A stretch of 64,000 nt of DNA from Paramoeba atlantica (Eukaryota; Protista; Discosea): contig CDRNVI010000033.1 in NCBI GenBank assembly GCA_977017575.1, forward strand, positions 1 through 64,000. Reading direction: 5' to 3'. The notes under the pieces are model-generated. The model worked only from the letters and a program-made list of their open reading frames with translations. It had not been told where the DNA came from and searched no databases. Position 1 is the stretch's first letter. Every line of letters begins with the position of its first letter. Positions 30,407 through 41,929 of this stretch are shown here, in pieces. A program made the position numbers and the translations under genes.

Positions 30407-31003
30407 ATACTGTACTTTAAGAAAATGGGCAGCCTAATACGATATAGAAAATAAGCAACACGAAAAACGAAGTACAAAGGGGGGTCTGACCAGCGAAGTA
30501 TAAAGGGGGATCACAGTATCTAATTTCTCTACCTTTATACTTGATTCATTACACAAAGACATTCTGTCATAGAACCCGTAGAATGTGAACCATATTCATG
30601 ATGATTCTCGAGGCATTTGTCATATCAATATGTATCTGATGAACCAAACGAGTTTTGCTACCTAACACTACACTGAGAAACATGTTACCTTAACCTCACT
30701 CCCTTTTTTGTGGGGGGGCGTCTTAATCACAACAAAACGTAAGATGAGAAATAATAAGAAATTGACCAAAACACCTTTGCAATTAATTAATGTATCGTTT
30801 TTTGAGTATCACTTTGGAAAACGTTCTCTAGCAATGCATCATCCGTAATTTTTATCTATGATGCTCGGGTTGTAAGAAGAGGCCGCTTAAAAAGAACTAC
30901 GTTGACCACAGCTACTACTAGACCTTTTAGTTTCTTTGTTTTCTAATGCCATAATGGGCATATTGTAAAGTCTTACGCTAGTCCACTTCACAAAAATGCT
31001 TAG

Positions 31004-34000
31004 ATGAGTTGCGTCAGAAAATGCATTTCCAGGAAAAAAATCAACGTTCATGTTTGTAACGTAATCGATAGACTAACTGGGAATCATGCTCGACGATACT
31101 GCACGTGTTTCGCTGAGACTGCTAAGAATATCCATACGGCAAAGCGTTCTATTGACTCCGATTTTGGAGTAGCGTCTTTTGGATCATCGACGTGTAGCGT
31201 CTCAGACACCGAAACACAGACTTCAACTGCTTTAAAGATACTTTCCTCATCACGTGATTTACAACAAACGGAAGGTGAACTTAACCAACTTGCTGAACAT
31301 TTTTATTTTTCTCCATCAGTTCACAGTGAGTTGCTCAAACGCTGTGGAAAAATGCTTTTGGAACTACCGCACATACGTCGAAGGTATCCTACGAAAGCTG
31401 ATTTAACTAAATCTTACCTTACACATTTGTCACTGTTCCCTCCTTCCCTGGTACTCTCTGCATTACATTACATGTACAATTTTCACTTGTTGTTGTCTAG
31501 GCAAAGATCAAACGCCAAAAACATGAAATACGCTTCCCCTTCATGCGCTACTAAGGAGATAAGTTCCAGTCAAGAGATTGTAACAACACTTGTAAAACGG
31601 ACTGAGAATGGACCCAAATCATGTAAAATTCATGACAAAGACCTGGATCGTGTGAGAAGATTTTCACAAGTCTTGCGTGTTAGAATTTTCAAAATTTTAC
31701 CTCGTTGTACAGTAGAAGAGGCAGCAAAAATGGCGTGGTACTGGACACGAGTTCGGCCTAAAGACACATCACTACTACTGCAGGTATCACAAAGAATGGT
31801 AAAATACCTACCTAAGGGACATGCGGGGACTGAGCTATACGCCATAGTAAAACCATCAACAGCACTACAATTTTGCATAACAATGGCTCTATGTGAGCCA
31901 TCTTGCACATCAAATCATCGTCGCGTGGCACACGCTTTAGTTCCTTATGTTCTGGAGCGCGGCCTTTCGACGCTAACCCCGAGTGAAGCTGTAAATCTCT
32001 TGAAACTTTACTCACGCCTTGAATTAAGAAACGGGTTATTGGATATTTTGAAACGTCTTTGCGAGATGCTTGAGAATAGCGAAGTCTCAATATACGATAT
32101 TGCTACTGCAATACATGCAGTGGTACAAATACCCCAAACTCCGTCTGACGTGTTAGTCTTACTATATCACCATCTTATTCAAAAGTGGCGAAAAGAAGAG
32201 AGTAATACGGTCCGTATTCCAACGTCGGTTTTTGCGCCGCTGCACGATCTTATGAATACGGAATTCTCATGGTGGGACAACACTTACGAACTCGTTTTGA
32301 GCGAATTGGAGAAGAAGTTTGTGAAGGCACCACGCAGCAATACTATGTCACCCCTTTCAAAGGAACCGCACATAAGAGTACAAGATGCCATAAAATTTTC
32401 ATACGCTCTTGCCATGCGTGAGAGTGCTTCGCCTTCTCACCCCTTTGCAACCTTCCTTTTAGTTCACGCTTTAAAGCATGCGTCCTGTTTAGACATCAGG
32501 GGTTTGCAACGTTTAGTTACTTCACAGGCACTTCTAACTCTCCATGGGGGAGGTGCTACAAAAATTTGTGAAGATATGATCACGTCTAATCTTTGCCCAC
32601 TCATTCTACAGAAAATAGAAAGTATGGAGCGCAGAGCGACGGCACATGGACTATTTCTTCTAGGTACTTATTTCAGTGAAAATATTACTCCAGAGCAGCG
32701 CCGCATGTTACTTCATCGTTGGTTACAACTGGGTCCATCTTTTAACAGTACACTGCTTGCAATGAGTCTGCACGGCATATCAATGGTGAAACCTCAATTG
32801 AGTGAAGCAAGTCAAAAATCCCTGGCTGATATATGCGACAGGAAAATATTGCGGCACTTGAAATCACAGGAAGTTCTATTGGTATGCAACGGCTTACAGT
32901 CACTCGGATTTACTGAGCCAGAGCCATACTTCATCTGTCGAAACCGTGTTGCAGCTCTTGTTCCTGAAGTTTCCACGGCGGAAGTCGGACTACTACTGCA
33001 GTGTCTTGACTCGATCAGCCTGACCTCTACAAAAATTGTTATTTCTGCTATTCGACGTTTGGCTGAGCTTATCGAGGACACGCCACTCGAGACAACTTTA
33101 TGGGCAACACGAGTTATACTCAGCGGAATTTCAACTGAACGTTTGTATTACGGCGAGACGCTGCGTCGGCTTCAAATTCTCCTAAGACGCGAAATCATAT
33201 CACGAGCACACAATGCATCTTCTGCACTGTGTATTGCACTTCTAAATGTGTGTGGGGAGATGGCGATCCTAGATCACGCACTCTTTCGCACTGTTATCAA
33301 TCGGGCATGTTCTTTTGAAAAGGAAATGATTAGCGCTATACCAAAGTATTCGAATCATTTAACTACCGCACAGGAATCCGAGAAGCCGCATGAACAGAAT
33401 TCAGTCACGTCGTTGACTACAGGAGCTCTTTTTACGCTACTGATTCACATTCCACGCTACTCACTCCTAGAAAGGAGTATTGTATTTTCTCTCCACACAG
33501 CTTGCTTAGAATTACAACCCTCTCAATTATATCATCTGCTTATTCATTGCATTGGTCCACTACAGGACTATCATGACAGTTCGCTGTCCGGCTTGTATGC
33601 GTCTCTGTACACTAAAATACGAATTGCTGTCTTTGATGCGCTATGTACCCCGCAGAATGAACTTTCACCCCAAAGTCATCGCATTCGCAAGCTTTCATGG
33701 TTTACCATAAGCCAAACTATATTGGCGATGAGCAATGCGTATTATTGTGACGAATATCTTCTTCTCGTGATGCTCCTTCATGCAGGGAAGGCCTATCACG
33801 CCGCTCGCCCCGAAAATATTGTTGAAGTCCTTGCGGCAGCCGCACAGCTCAGCATCTTTCGTTTACCACAATTTCACTTCTTTTTTCGACGGATGAAATT
33901 GCAGACAGAGCGCATAGCCGAGTCATTCACCTCCGGTGAAATTAGAGCTCTATTACATATTTTGTGGAGCAATGGTCATTTCACTTACACCCGACTAGTG

Positions 34001-34048
34001 AGCATAATGGGTGAACGTGCGCTAGAACTGGAAATCAAGGGCTATTGA
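31004..34048 (+). CDS. Helical-repeat (HPR/OPR-like) protein, probably a mitochondrial RNA-binding protein
   Basis: Recurrent helix-hairpin units with 37-aa spacing (LKSQEV..VSTAEV..TPLETT) and a basic N-terminus. Confidence 0.55.
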   Translation: MSCVRKCISRKKINVHVCNVIDRLTGNHARRYCTCFAETAKNIHTAKRSIDSDFGVASFGSSTCSVSDTETQTSTALKILSSSRDLQQTEGELNQLAEHFYFSPSVHSELLKRCGKMLLELPHIRRRYPTKADLTKSYLTHLSLFPPSLVLSALHYMYNFHLLLSRQRSNAKNMKYASPSCATKEISSSQEIVTTLVKRTENGPKSCKIHDKDLDRVRRFSQVLRVRIFKILPRCTVEEAAKMAWYWTRVRPKDTSLLLQVSQRMVKYLPKGHAGTELYAIVKPSTALQFCITMALCEPSCTSNHRRVAHALVPYVLERGLSTLTPSEAVNLLKLYSRLELRNGLLDILKRLCEMLENSEVSIYDIATAIHAVVQIPQTPSDVLVLLYHHLIQKWRKEESNTVRIPTSVFAPLHDLMNTEFSWWDNTYELVLSELEKKFVKAPRSNTMSPLSKEPHIRVQDAIKFSYALAMRESASPSHPFATFLLVHALKHASCLDIRGLQRLVTSQALLTLHGGGATKICEDMITSNLCPLILQKIESMERRATAHGLFLLGTYFSENITPEQRRMLLHRWLQLGPSFNSTLLAMSLHGISMVKPQLSEASQKSLADICDRKILRHLKSQEVLLVCNGLQSLGFTEPEPYFICRNRVAALVPEVSTAEVGLLLQCLDSISLTSTKIVISAIRRLAELIEDTPLETTLWATRVILSGISTERLYYGETLRRLQILLRREIISRAHNASSALCIALLNVCGEMAILDHALFRTVINRACSFEKEMISAIPKYSNHLTTAQESEKPHEQNSVTSLTTGALFTLLIHIPRYSLLERSIVFSLHTACLELQPSQLYHLLIHCIGPLQDYHDSSLSGLYASLYTKIRIAVFDALCTPQNELSPQSHRIRKLSWFTISQTILAMSNAYYCDEYLLLVMLLHAGKAYHAARPENIVEVLAAAAQLSIFRLPQFHFFFRRMKLQTERIAESFTSGEIRALLHILWSNGHFTYTRLVSIMGERALELEIKGY

Positions 34049-34224
34049 ATTTCCCTTGAACATTTCTTTGAAGTATGTTTATACAATGTATGTGTACAAG
34101 TTTATTTTAATGATTAATTTTGAGCTGTAATACACAAAATTTTACCGATTGAGACATAAAATTTCTTTCTAGAATAGATTATGACCTAATCATGCGAATC
34201 TTGTGAATTCAGTGTTGGCTTTTC

Positions 34225-34548
34225 ATGTCGTGGTACAAAGAATTCTTTTTTGGCAATGACGAAAGCTTTCTTACAAGACCACTTCCACCTGAACTGCAAA
34301 ATAAACATGTGAACCAAATCTTAAACCGACATGATTTTCACCCATATCGCCCAAATCTGGATAAATCACACGAGTGCTCTAAGCAGAACGATAAGTTCTA
34401 TCAATGTATGGTATCACTTCCCGAAGAACTTGAACTCTACCAAAAGCACGTTCAGTGCTACTATCCTCTCAAAGTTGAGTTGATGAAATGTTTCGTGAGG
34501 CATCCGCCACCTAAAAAGGAAGAAGGAATGCTAGACCGTGAAAAGTGA
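34225..34548 (+). CDS. Small twin-Cys (CHCH-like) protein
   Basis: Cx9C (CSKQNDKFYQC) followed by Cx10C (CYYPLKVELMKC); 107 aa. Confidence 0.6.
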   Translation: MSWYKEFFFGNDESFLTRPLPPELQNKHVNQILNRHDFHPYRPNLDKSHECSKQNDKFYQCMVSLPEELELYQKHVQCYYPLKVELMKCFVRHPPPKKEEGMLDREK

Positions 34549-35070
34549 TTCGAAAAGATTACATGGCAGTGGGATTTCCTCTCTTAGATGCGGGGTGCTT
34601 GTAATTTGCATTGTAGACTCTTGTTGCAATGACTGAGCAGCACGTAGTGTCATTTCGGGAGTATCATGAAGGATACTCTGGGGCTTGATTTATTTTGCTT
34701 TTATACAACATTTGTACATGTACACCTTTATATTGATTGTATGGTATCACTTCCCGAAGAACTTGAACTCTACCAAAAGCACGTTCAGTGCTACTATCCT
34801 CTCAAAGTTGAGTCGATGAAATGTTTCGTGAGGCATCCGCCACCTAAAAAGGAAGAAGGAATGCTAGACCGTGAAAAGTGATTCGAAAAGATTACATGGC
34901 AGTGGGATTTCCTCTCTTAGATGCCGGGTGCTTGTAATTTGCATTGTAGACTCTTGTTGCAATGACTGAGCAGCACGTAGTGTCATTTCGGGAGTATCAT
35001 GAAGGATACTCTGGGGCTTGATTTATTTTGCTTTTATACAACATTTGTACATGTACACCTTTATATTGAT
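34405..35070 (+). repeat. 333-bp head-to-tail tandem duplication (34405-34737 and 34738-35070)
   Basis: The copies are identical apart from two substitutions I could see (gagttgatg/gagtcgatg and gatgcgggg/gatgccggg). The unit covers the 3' half of the CHCH gene and its 3' UTR. Confidence 0.92.
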
Positions 35071-35184
35071 CTTGGGTGTAACGTATTCACTGTCTCTACA
35101 GGAAGATTTACTTGCGCATGACGACTCGCAGAATTTTTCTTATCAAACCCATTTTAGCAAAACGTTACCACTTCTACTCCTATA

Positions 35185-36819
35185 ATGCACATCACCCAAC
35201 GCTTCCTCTCCACCAAAGGCAAAGACGTTCTCTTTGGTCAAGAAGCCCGTGAGGCCATGCTCCACGGTGTAGACAAGCTCACCAAAGCCGTCGCCGTCAC
35301 TCTTGGCCCCGGCGGCCGCAATGTCCTCCTTGAACAATCCTACGGTGCCCCCAAAATCACCAAAGACGGGGTCACGGTCGCGAAATCTGTCGAATTCTCG
35401 GATAAATTTGAAAACCTCGGGGCACAGCTCGTGCGGCAGGTCGCCAACACCACCAACGACGTCGCGGGGGATGGCACCACCACCGCCACCCTGCTCGCGA
35501 GCTCCATCTTCACCGAGGGCTACCGCACCGCCTCCACCGGGGCGAACCCGATCGATATCAAACGCGGCATCGACCTCGCGGTGAAGGAGGTGGTGAACCA
35601 TCTAGAGACCATGGCGAAGGCCATCACCTCCAACGCGGATATTCGCAGTGTAGCCACCATCAGTGCCAACGGGGATAACCAAATCGGAAACCTCATCGCG
35701 GATGCCATGGCGAAGATCGGACCCACCGGGGTGATTACCACCCAGGATGGGCGAACGATGCAAACCGAGGTGGATGTGCAGGAGGGGATGAGTATTGACA
35801 AAGGGTACATCTCACCGCATTTCGTGACGGAGAGTAAGACACAAAAGTGTGAGCTGGAGGACTGTTTCGTGTTGGTGCATCAAAAGAAGATTTCGAATTT
35901 AAATACTCTGTTGCCGGTGTTGAACCATGTCGCGAGTGCGGGGAAGCCATTGTTGATTGTGGCGGAGGATGTTGATGGGGAGGCCCTGACGACTCTGGTG
36001 ATTAACAAGAGTGTGGGGAAACTGAAGGTGTGTGCCGTGAAGGCTCCGGCATTCGGGGATGAGAAGGTGAACTACCTCCAGGATATTGCGATTATGACCG
36101 GGGCGGAACTGATTTCGGAGGATTTGGGACTGAGTTTGGATGCGGAGAGCTTCAAACCCGCGTGGTTGGGGAAGGTTTCCCGGGTTTCCGCGACCAAAGA
36201 TAACACGGTGTTGCTCGGGGGTGGTGGTGCCAAGGATGCCGTACAGGACCGTGTGGAGCTGCTGAAGAGTCTGCTGGAGGTCGAGACCAGTGAGTACAAG
36301 AAGGAGAAAATTCAGAGCCGGCTGGCTAAGCTAAGCGGAGGAGTGGCGGTGATCCACGTCGGCGGGGCATCGGACATGGAGGTCTCGGAGAAGAAGGATC
36401 GCATCACGGATGCTCTGTGTGCCACACGCGCGGCGGTCGAGGAGGGAATCGTTCCGGGCGGTGGGGTCGCATTGCTGCGTGCGGTTCCGAAGCTGGAGGC
36501 GATGCTAAAAAATAAGAAACTGGCCGAGGAGAGTCGTATCGGGATTCAAATCGTGCGCAACGCCATTCGCCTTCCTACTAAGGTGATTGCGTCCAACGCA
36601 GGAGTGGAGGGTACCGTCGTGGTGGAGAGGGTGTTGGAGCAAAAGACTCCTACAATGGGCTACGACGCCGTCTCGCACACGATGAAGGACATGATGGCTG
36701 CAGGAATCGTAGATCCATTGAAGGTAGTGAAAAGTGCTTTGGTCGATGCAGCGAGCGTATCCTCATTAATGATGACGACCGAAGCAGCAGTATGCGATGC
36801 GTCAGAAAAGAAAGCGTAA
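35185..36819 (+). CDS. HSP60: Mitochondrial chaperonin HSP60 (GroEL family)
   Basis: [32 protein letters not shown] and [10 protein letters not shown], with a short mitochondrial presequence. Confidence 0.97.
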   Translation: MHITQRFLSTKGKDVLFGQEAREAMLHGVDKLTKAVAVTLGPGGRNVLLEQSYGAPKITKDGVTVAKSVEFSDKFENLGAQLVRQVANTTNDVAGDGTTTATLLASSIFTEGYRTASTGANPIDIKRGIDLAVKEVVNHLETMAKAITSNADIRSVATISANGDNQIGNLIADAMAKIGPTGVITTQDGRTMQTEVDVQEGMSIDKGYISPHFVTESKTQKCELEDCFVLVHQKKISNLNTLLPVLNHVASAGKPLLIVAEDVDGEALTTLVINKSVGKLKVCAVKAPAFGDEKVNYLQDIAIMTGAELISEDLGLSLDAESFKPAWLGKVSRVSATKDNTVLLGGGGAKDAVQDRVELLKSLLEVETSEYKKEKIQSRLAKLSGGVAVIHVGGASDMEVSEKKDRITDALCATRAAVEEGIVPGGGVALLRAVPKLEAMLKNKKLAEESRIGIQIVRNAIRLPTKVIASNAGVEGTVVVERVLEQKTPTMGYDAVSHTMKDMMAAGIVDPLKVVKSALVDAASVSSLMMTTEAAVCDASEKKA

Positions 36820-37371
36820 ATAAATGCCAATAAGTTGACTAAATAAATGCCAATAAGTTCAGCGACAAGTCCATATTGTTCAACACATACCATACAAAAA
36901 AAAATGAAAAAAATCGGTTCTACTTTTTGCATGAACGATGAGCGCCACAGTCGTTTGCTAGTTTTTAAAAATTTGTAATCACAAAATGCTGCTACTGTTG
37001 TGAGCAGATGTTTGTATTTCACTTTCATCGATCGGGTTATCTTTGAGTACTACTTTGCTTCTTTCTCATACTATACACTCTCTTCAGTACTCTTTCAAAC
37101 GTAAATATCAACATGGAAATACATGTATGAATATATCGACCTCTTAATTTACTAATGTTCATCCTCGGCTTCCCTCGAATGTATTATGATTTATTAAATA
37201 GCAAAACATAACGAAATTTTGGTGACAGTTGATAAAGTTGGATTAGAGGGGCATAGTCACAATTATTTCTATTTTTGATTTGGATGAATTAGTTTTCTAT
37301 TTCGATCCTTTTTTGACTATTGGCCTATTGAATCCGTATGCAACTGATTGGTGCTCTTAGGATGCTCACCT

Positions 37372-38751
37372 ATGGGAGAAATTCTAATTCAAAATATGAG
37401 CTTAAGGTTAGATGAACCTGGGGCTCCGATTGGCGAAGGACGTTATTCACAAGTCTACGCTGCACTGGACAGCAGGTCTGGAAAGAGTGTTGTTCTGAAA
37501 GTCTTTCGCACATTGAATGATGAACATAACAATGGTCAAGATCCATCCTTGGAATGGCTGAAATACGGTTATCCACGGCATGTATTACGTGAAATACATA
37601 TTTTGTCTACTCTTAAGCACAAGAACATTGTAGATTTTATTTGCGCTGCCCAGATCAAAACATCATTTTTTCGCGCAGCTATCCATTTTAAGCGGACAAA
37701 ACGAGGTAAAAAGTCTGAAAGTAAAGAAATACAGAAGGAAACTCGAATAGGTTACGGCGAACTTTGTCATAAATTGAGTCACAACTACTCAGACAGTCAG
37801 CAAGACAATCCTGCGTGTTCTCGACTTCATGAAGTACTTCACGATGAATCATTCGAAGATGTCCTTATTTTTGAACGCTGTACAAAAAATTTAAATTCTT
37901 TGCTTCAAATAGGCACTAGATTGGCATCCTCTGTGCGTCTCCATATTGCTCGTCAGCTTTTTTGCGGCATTCAATATCTTCACGACAGCGGAGTTCTTCA
38001 CCGCGACATCAAGCCCGCTAATATTCTTATAGCTGACCAGTGTGTTCTCAAGCTGTGTGATTTGGGTTTGGCAAGATACAAACAAGATGGATCATTGCTA
38101 TGTACAACTATTGGCACACCATTTTACCGAGCGCCTGAACTCTGCGCTCAGAGGCGGCCAGAAGATAAATTGGATACTGAAATTTCCTTAACATATGATG
38201 AATCCGTAGATCTATGGAGTGCAGGAATTGTTCTTGCAGAATTATATTTGCGACCACATTGGAGGAGAATATGTTCACATCAAGCGTTTCGCGCCTATTT
38301 TAGCATGCATTTTCCGTACCTAATGGCTCCATCTTCAGCGGATTTAACTCGCCCAAATTTTGATGAGCTTGAAGGAGGAGCTTCAGATCTTCCATTAGAA
38401 GAAGAATCTATTGAATCATCGAATCAGGAGGCAGTTCACACACTCAAGAAGGCGACCATACACGGAGTGACAGACACCGCACTACTACAAAGATATCGCG
38501 CGTTGTTGACAGCTCATGCGAGCTCGCCGCAGATTGCACAAAATCTAGACATAGAACACAACCTAAGCGACAGGGTTTCATCGAACACTAGTTTGCTTCA
38601 CGACGTGCTACAATTCGCGGAGGTTCCGATGGCTGTATCAAATGTAATCACGGGGCTTATACGAATGCAGCCAGAGCAGCGACTTCGTGCAAGCGCTGTT
38701 GTCGAAGAACTCGGAGAGCCAGAATACGGCGCTGCACATTGGTATCCGTAA
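37372..38751 (+). CDS. Divergent CDK-like (CMGC/CRK) protein kinase
   Basis: GEGRYSQVY, GYPRHVLREIHIL (PSTAIRE-equivalent helix), HRDIKPANIL, DLGLAR, GTPFYRAPE and VDLWSAG, with large inserts. Confidence 0.8.
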   Translation: MGEILIQNMSLRLDEPGAPIGEGRYSQVYAALDSRSGKSVVLKVFRTLNDEHNNGQDPSLEWLKYGYPRHVLREIHILSTLKHKNIVDFICAAQIKTSFFRAAIHFKRTKRGKKSESKEIQKETRIGYGELCHKLSHNYSDSQQDNPACSRLHEVLHDESFEDVLIFERCTKNLNSLLQIGTRLASSVRLHIARQLFCGIQYLHDSGVLHRDIKPANILIADQCVLKLCDLGLARYKQDGSLLCTTIGTPFYRAPELCAQRRPEDKLDTEISLTYDESVDLWSAGIVLAELYLRPHWRRICSHQAFRAYFSMHFPYLMAPSSADLTRPNFDELEGGASDLPLEEESIESSNQEAVHTLKKATIHGVTDTALLQRYRALLTAHASSPQIAQNLDIEHNLSDRVSSNTSLLHDVLQFAEVPMAVSNVITGLIRMQPEQRLRASAVVEELGEPEYGAAHWYP

Positions 38752-39068
38752 CGTACAACTATCATGCTATCTTATCACATGAAGAATTTTTATTATTTTA
38801 CCTAACCATCTTGAAATCTAACCATCTTGGCAACGGGATGACCTCCGAGATAGGACGTTCGAGTATAAGCTCAGCTAAGAACAGGGCCGTCAGAAGACGT
38901 ATAATCATCTGCCGGGATGCGTGCTCAGCAAAGATGTTTATGAAAGTCACCTGCAAAATACAAAACAGCGAAAAGAATCTCAAAAACATCACAACTTTTT
39001 GCGTCACAAATACAGTATGTAAGAGTCTTCAGTGTTCTGTGCCGATTCTGGCCTCTCAACGCCTCTCA

Positions 39069-39195
39069 AGCGTCCTAGTCCTTTCAATTTAGAAATGGTT
39101 AGCGATCAGGGAATTAGGAAAGGGAAAAAAGAATGCAGTTATGACTATCTCACTCAGCGTCCTAGTACTTTCAATTTAGAAATGGTTAGCGATCA
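39069..39195 (+). repeat. 40-bp direct repeat (39069-39108, 39156-39195)
   Basis: agcgtcctagt(c/a)ctttcaatttagaaatggttagcgatca occurs twice with one mismatch. Confidence 0.85.
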
Positions 39196-39420
39196 CAAAA
39201 AATGTACTTGAAAAAATAAAATGCATCGATAGCAATGGGGTTTCTGAGTGCTAGTAAACGGGTGCAGTGAATTTACCCATGCCGAACCGTAGGATTTACT
39301 GCGGTGGACTCCATAATATGAGAATACTTTTAAAACTTCATACATACCTCAGTAGAATACACCTAAACGGAAATTTGTGTTAATCTTTTTACTCGAAACC
39401 GATTATCCGTTTCGTTCCTC

Positions 39421-40635
39421 ATGTCTCGACAACCCAGCACGCGTTCTTCGCTTCGGAGTTCCCGACGTGAGTTCTCCACCGTCCCCTCCCACTACCCCAT
39501 GCTCCCTCTTCGCACTTACCCCGAGACCAGGACGGAGTCTCCCTACTCCCTGCAGAAACGTTTTGCCGAGCGTTCCCACAGTCGCACCGCACAGCGCCCT
39601 CGAATGCAATGGGGCACGGTTCCCTTCTCACGAAACTCCTCCATAGAGCCCTCACGTGGATACGAGCCCCCTCGTATCCCGCAGCTGTCGAATCTTCAGC
39701 ATTCTCCGGAGTACCGGAGTTCCTCACGGGTGTCCTCCAGCCGCCCACGCTCCTCCTTCATGGCCCCGACGCGTTCCTCCGCATCTCGTGTGAATGAGAC
39801 TGTGGTGCGTCTAGCCTCCCTTCGCATGTACCCCTCGTCCCGGCCCTCCTTCTCAACCAAGTATGGGACATCGCAGCCGAACTATGTGGCCTCTTTCGGT
39901 GAGGCCGAGACAGTGACCTCATTAGCTTCGCTACCGCAACAACGCGTAGAGGAGCCGGTCGAGTTTAGTGGTGACATGCGACAGCAGTACGAGCAGGAGA
40001 ACGAGTTTGTTGCGCAAGAAGAAACGTATCCTTCTGAGGTAGCGCAGCCCATGCAGAGTTTTACCCAAGATCCAAGAGTTGAAATTGATTCTCTGCGTCA
40101 ACAAGTCCTCGCTCTGAATCGAGCGCTGCGAAACTCGACGCTTCGACTGGAGGAGGTGGAGGCCGTGAGTCGGGAGCAGCTTGTGGAGGACAAGCATACC
40201 ATCGCGGAACTCACCCTAGAGAACCGGAATCTTAAGGCAGAGATGGCTGCCCTGCGGCAAAGAATTGAGTTTTCCCCGGCACAGCCTTCCTATACGGATG
40301 TAAAGCTTCATGAGGCATCCGTGACAGAGGCTAATCTCCGTGCGGAAGTGGAGCGAAACCACCAAATGATTGCCAATCTTCAGGATCGGCTGACAGAGCT
40401 ACAGACACCAGAGGGTTACGATGCTCAGCATGGTGAGTTGACGTACGATGAAGATGAAGTCCAGAATCCTTCTGAAATTGATGGAGCTATCGTCATGGAC
40501 GAAGTAAATATGCAAAAGGATGAATATGGGCTTCCGATCTACAGTGACCCACACAGTACCCCGTCTCCAAGAAGCCGTGCCCAAGCAATTCTGAGTCCCA
40601 CTCCTGAGCAGAGCGGTTCCGAAGATGACTATTAA
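39421..40635 (+). CDS. Hypothetical protein with a Ser/Arg-rich N-terminus and a coiled coil
   Basis: 404-aa ORF with a heptad pattern in the C-half. Confidence 0.7.
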   Translation: MSRQPSTRSSLRSSRREFSTVPSHYPMLPLRTYPETRTESPYSLQKRFAERSHSRTAQRPRMQWGTVPFSRNSSIEPSRGYEPPRIPQLSNLQHSPEYRSSSRVSSSRPRSSFMAPTRSSASRVNETVVRLASLRMYPSSRPSFSTKYGTSQPNYVASFGEAETVTSLASLPQQRVEEPVEFSGDMRQQYEQENEFVAQEETYPSEVAQPMQSFTQDPRVEIDSLRQQVLALNRALRNSTLRLEEVEAVSREQLVEDKHTIAELTLENRNLKAEMAALRQRIEFSPAQPSYTDVKLHEASVTEANLRAEVERNHQMIANLQDRLTELQTPEGYDAQHGELTYDEDEVQNPSEIDGAIVMDEVNMQKDEYGLPIYSDPHSTPSPRSRAQAILSPTPEQSGSEDDY

Positions 40636-41049
40636 CCTAGACTTCATTTAGAATAGATGAATCCTTTCGTGTTATTGAAGTTTATAATGCTAGCTAAGAG
40701 ACTTTGCTTCCTACTCTGTCTAGCATTCGATTCTCACGACGAACGAAAAAGAACGCTCATAGTAGATAGATATCAAAATAATGCAGTGTATGTAGAGTGT
40801 CATATTCTAAAATAACATCTCAACTCGAAGGTGAGACAAAATCGGGCGAGACGAAAACTTTCGGGTAGTAATCTTACTCATGCACCCCTTTGACGTTGTA
40901 TTAGAGCTAGCTAGCGAAAGTTCCTTGTTTGCTGTAAAAAAGTTTTGAAAGGCTTTATTTTCATGTCTTACATTTTTTCTTCATAACATTCTCGACAAAA
41001 ATATTCTTCAGAGTACTACTTTCTAATAGAGTGTTTTTAGTTTAGATAA

Positions 41050-41490
41050 ATGTCTGAAAGGTCGTCGCAATTATTTCGCGACCTCCAAGAAGCTAATCAG
41101 GAGTTTATTCAACAAATGAGGAACAGAGATCGCTCAGCTGAAACTCCATTACCTCAAGTTGATGATCTTGTAGACGGAGCTAAACGAACGATAGATTTAC
41201 TATGGAATCGAATACCAGATGGTGTGGAGGAATACGTGAACTCAGAGAATAATAAAATTGTAGAATCAGAGAACCTACCGGTAGTTGAACAACTTATAAG
41301 GCGACGATCGCTATGCGAAACCTATAAAAGGTGTGCTGATAAAGCACTCACGCATTTGGTGAAATTGACGGAAAAGGTGACCGACTCCGAGAGGAACTCA
41401 CTGCGCACTGCTATAGAATCTATGGGCACTTCTTGCACAATGCTTACGGAAATATCTGATTTAGAAGATAAGGCAATACTTCTGATCTGA
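41050..41490 (+). CDS. Hypothetical helical protein
   Basis: 146-aa ATG-initiated ORF preceded by AG dinucleotides. Confidence 0.55.
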   Translation: MSERSSQLFRDLQEANQEFIQQMRNRDRSAETPLPQVDDLVDGAKRTIDLLWNRIPDGVEEYVNSENNKIVESENLPVVEQLIRRRSLCETYKRCADKALTHLVKLTEKVTDSERNSLRTAIESMGTSCTMLTEISDLEDKAILLI

Positions 41491-41929
41491 TGAACACTGG
41501 ACTGTTGCGTATTCAAACTCTTCGGTACGATTTACCGAAAGGTGTAGAGGAAATCAAGGAACTCGTTACTGATATGACCAAAAAATATAGGTCTCCTCTC
41601 TTTTTACATCAGAACAAATTGCTAAGGAACATAAAGGCACTGAAGAATCAACAAAAAAGAAAAGATGTGTAAGAAATAATTCAACTCCACATTTAGTAAT
41701 TCGTCACTCACAGTGCTAAAAGAATTTGTATCTAGTGATTTTATTAAAAATCGGTTTCCTTATTCCAGAGGATTTCGCACATTACTTGACAAGTTTACGC
41801 TTTTGAGGGGTTACCTTACTCTTGCTGCATGACACCTTAAAACCAAACGCGACTAATTACTCAGACACAAACGTGTTTTATACCACAACAAATACAAAAT
41901 CAAATCAAGGGTAATCCAACGGTAATTCA

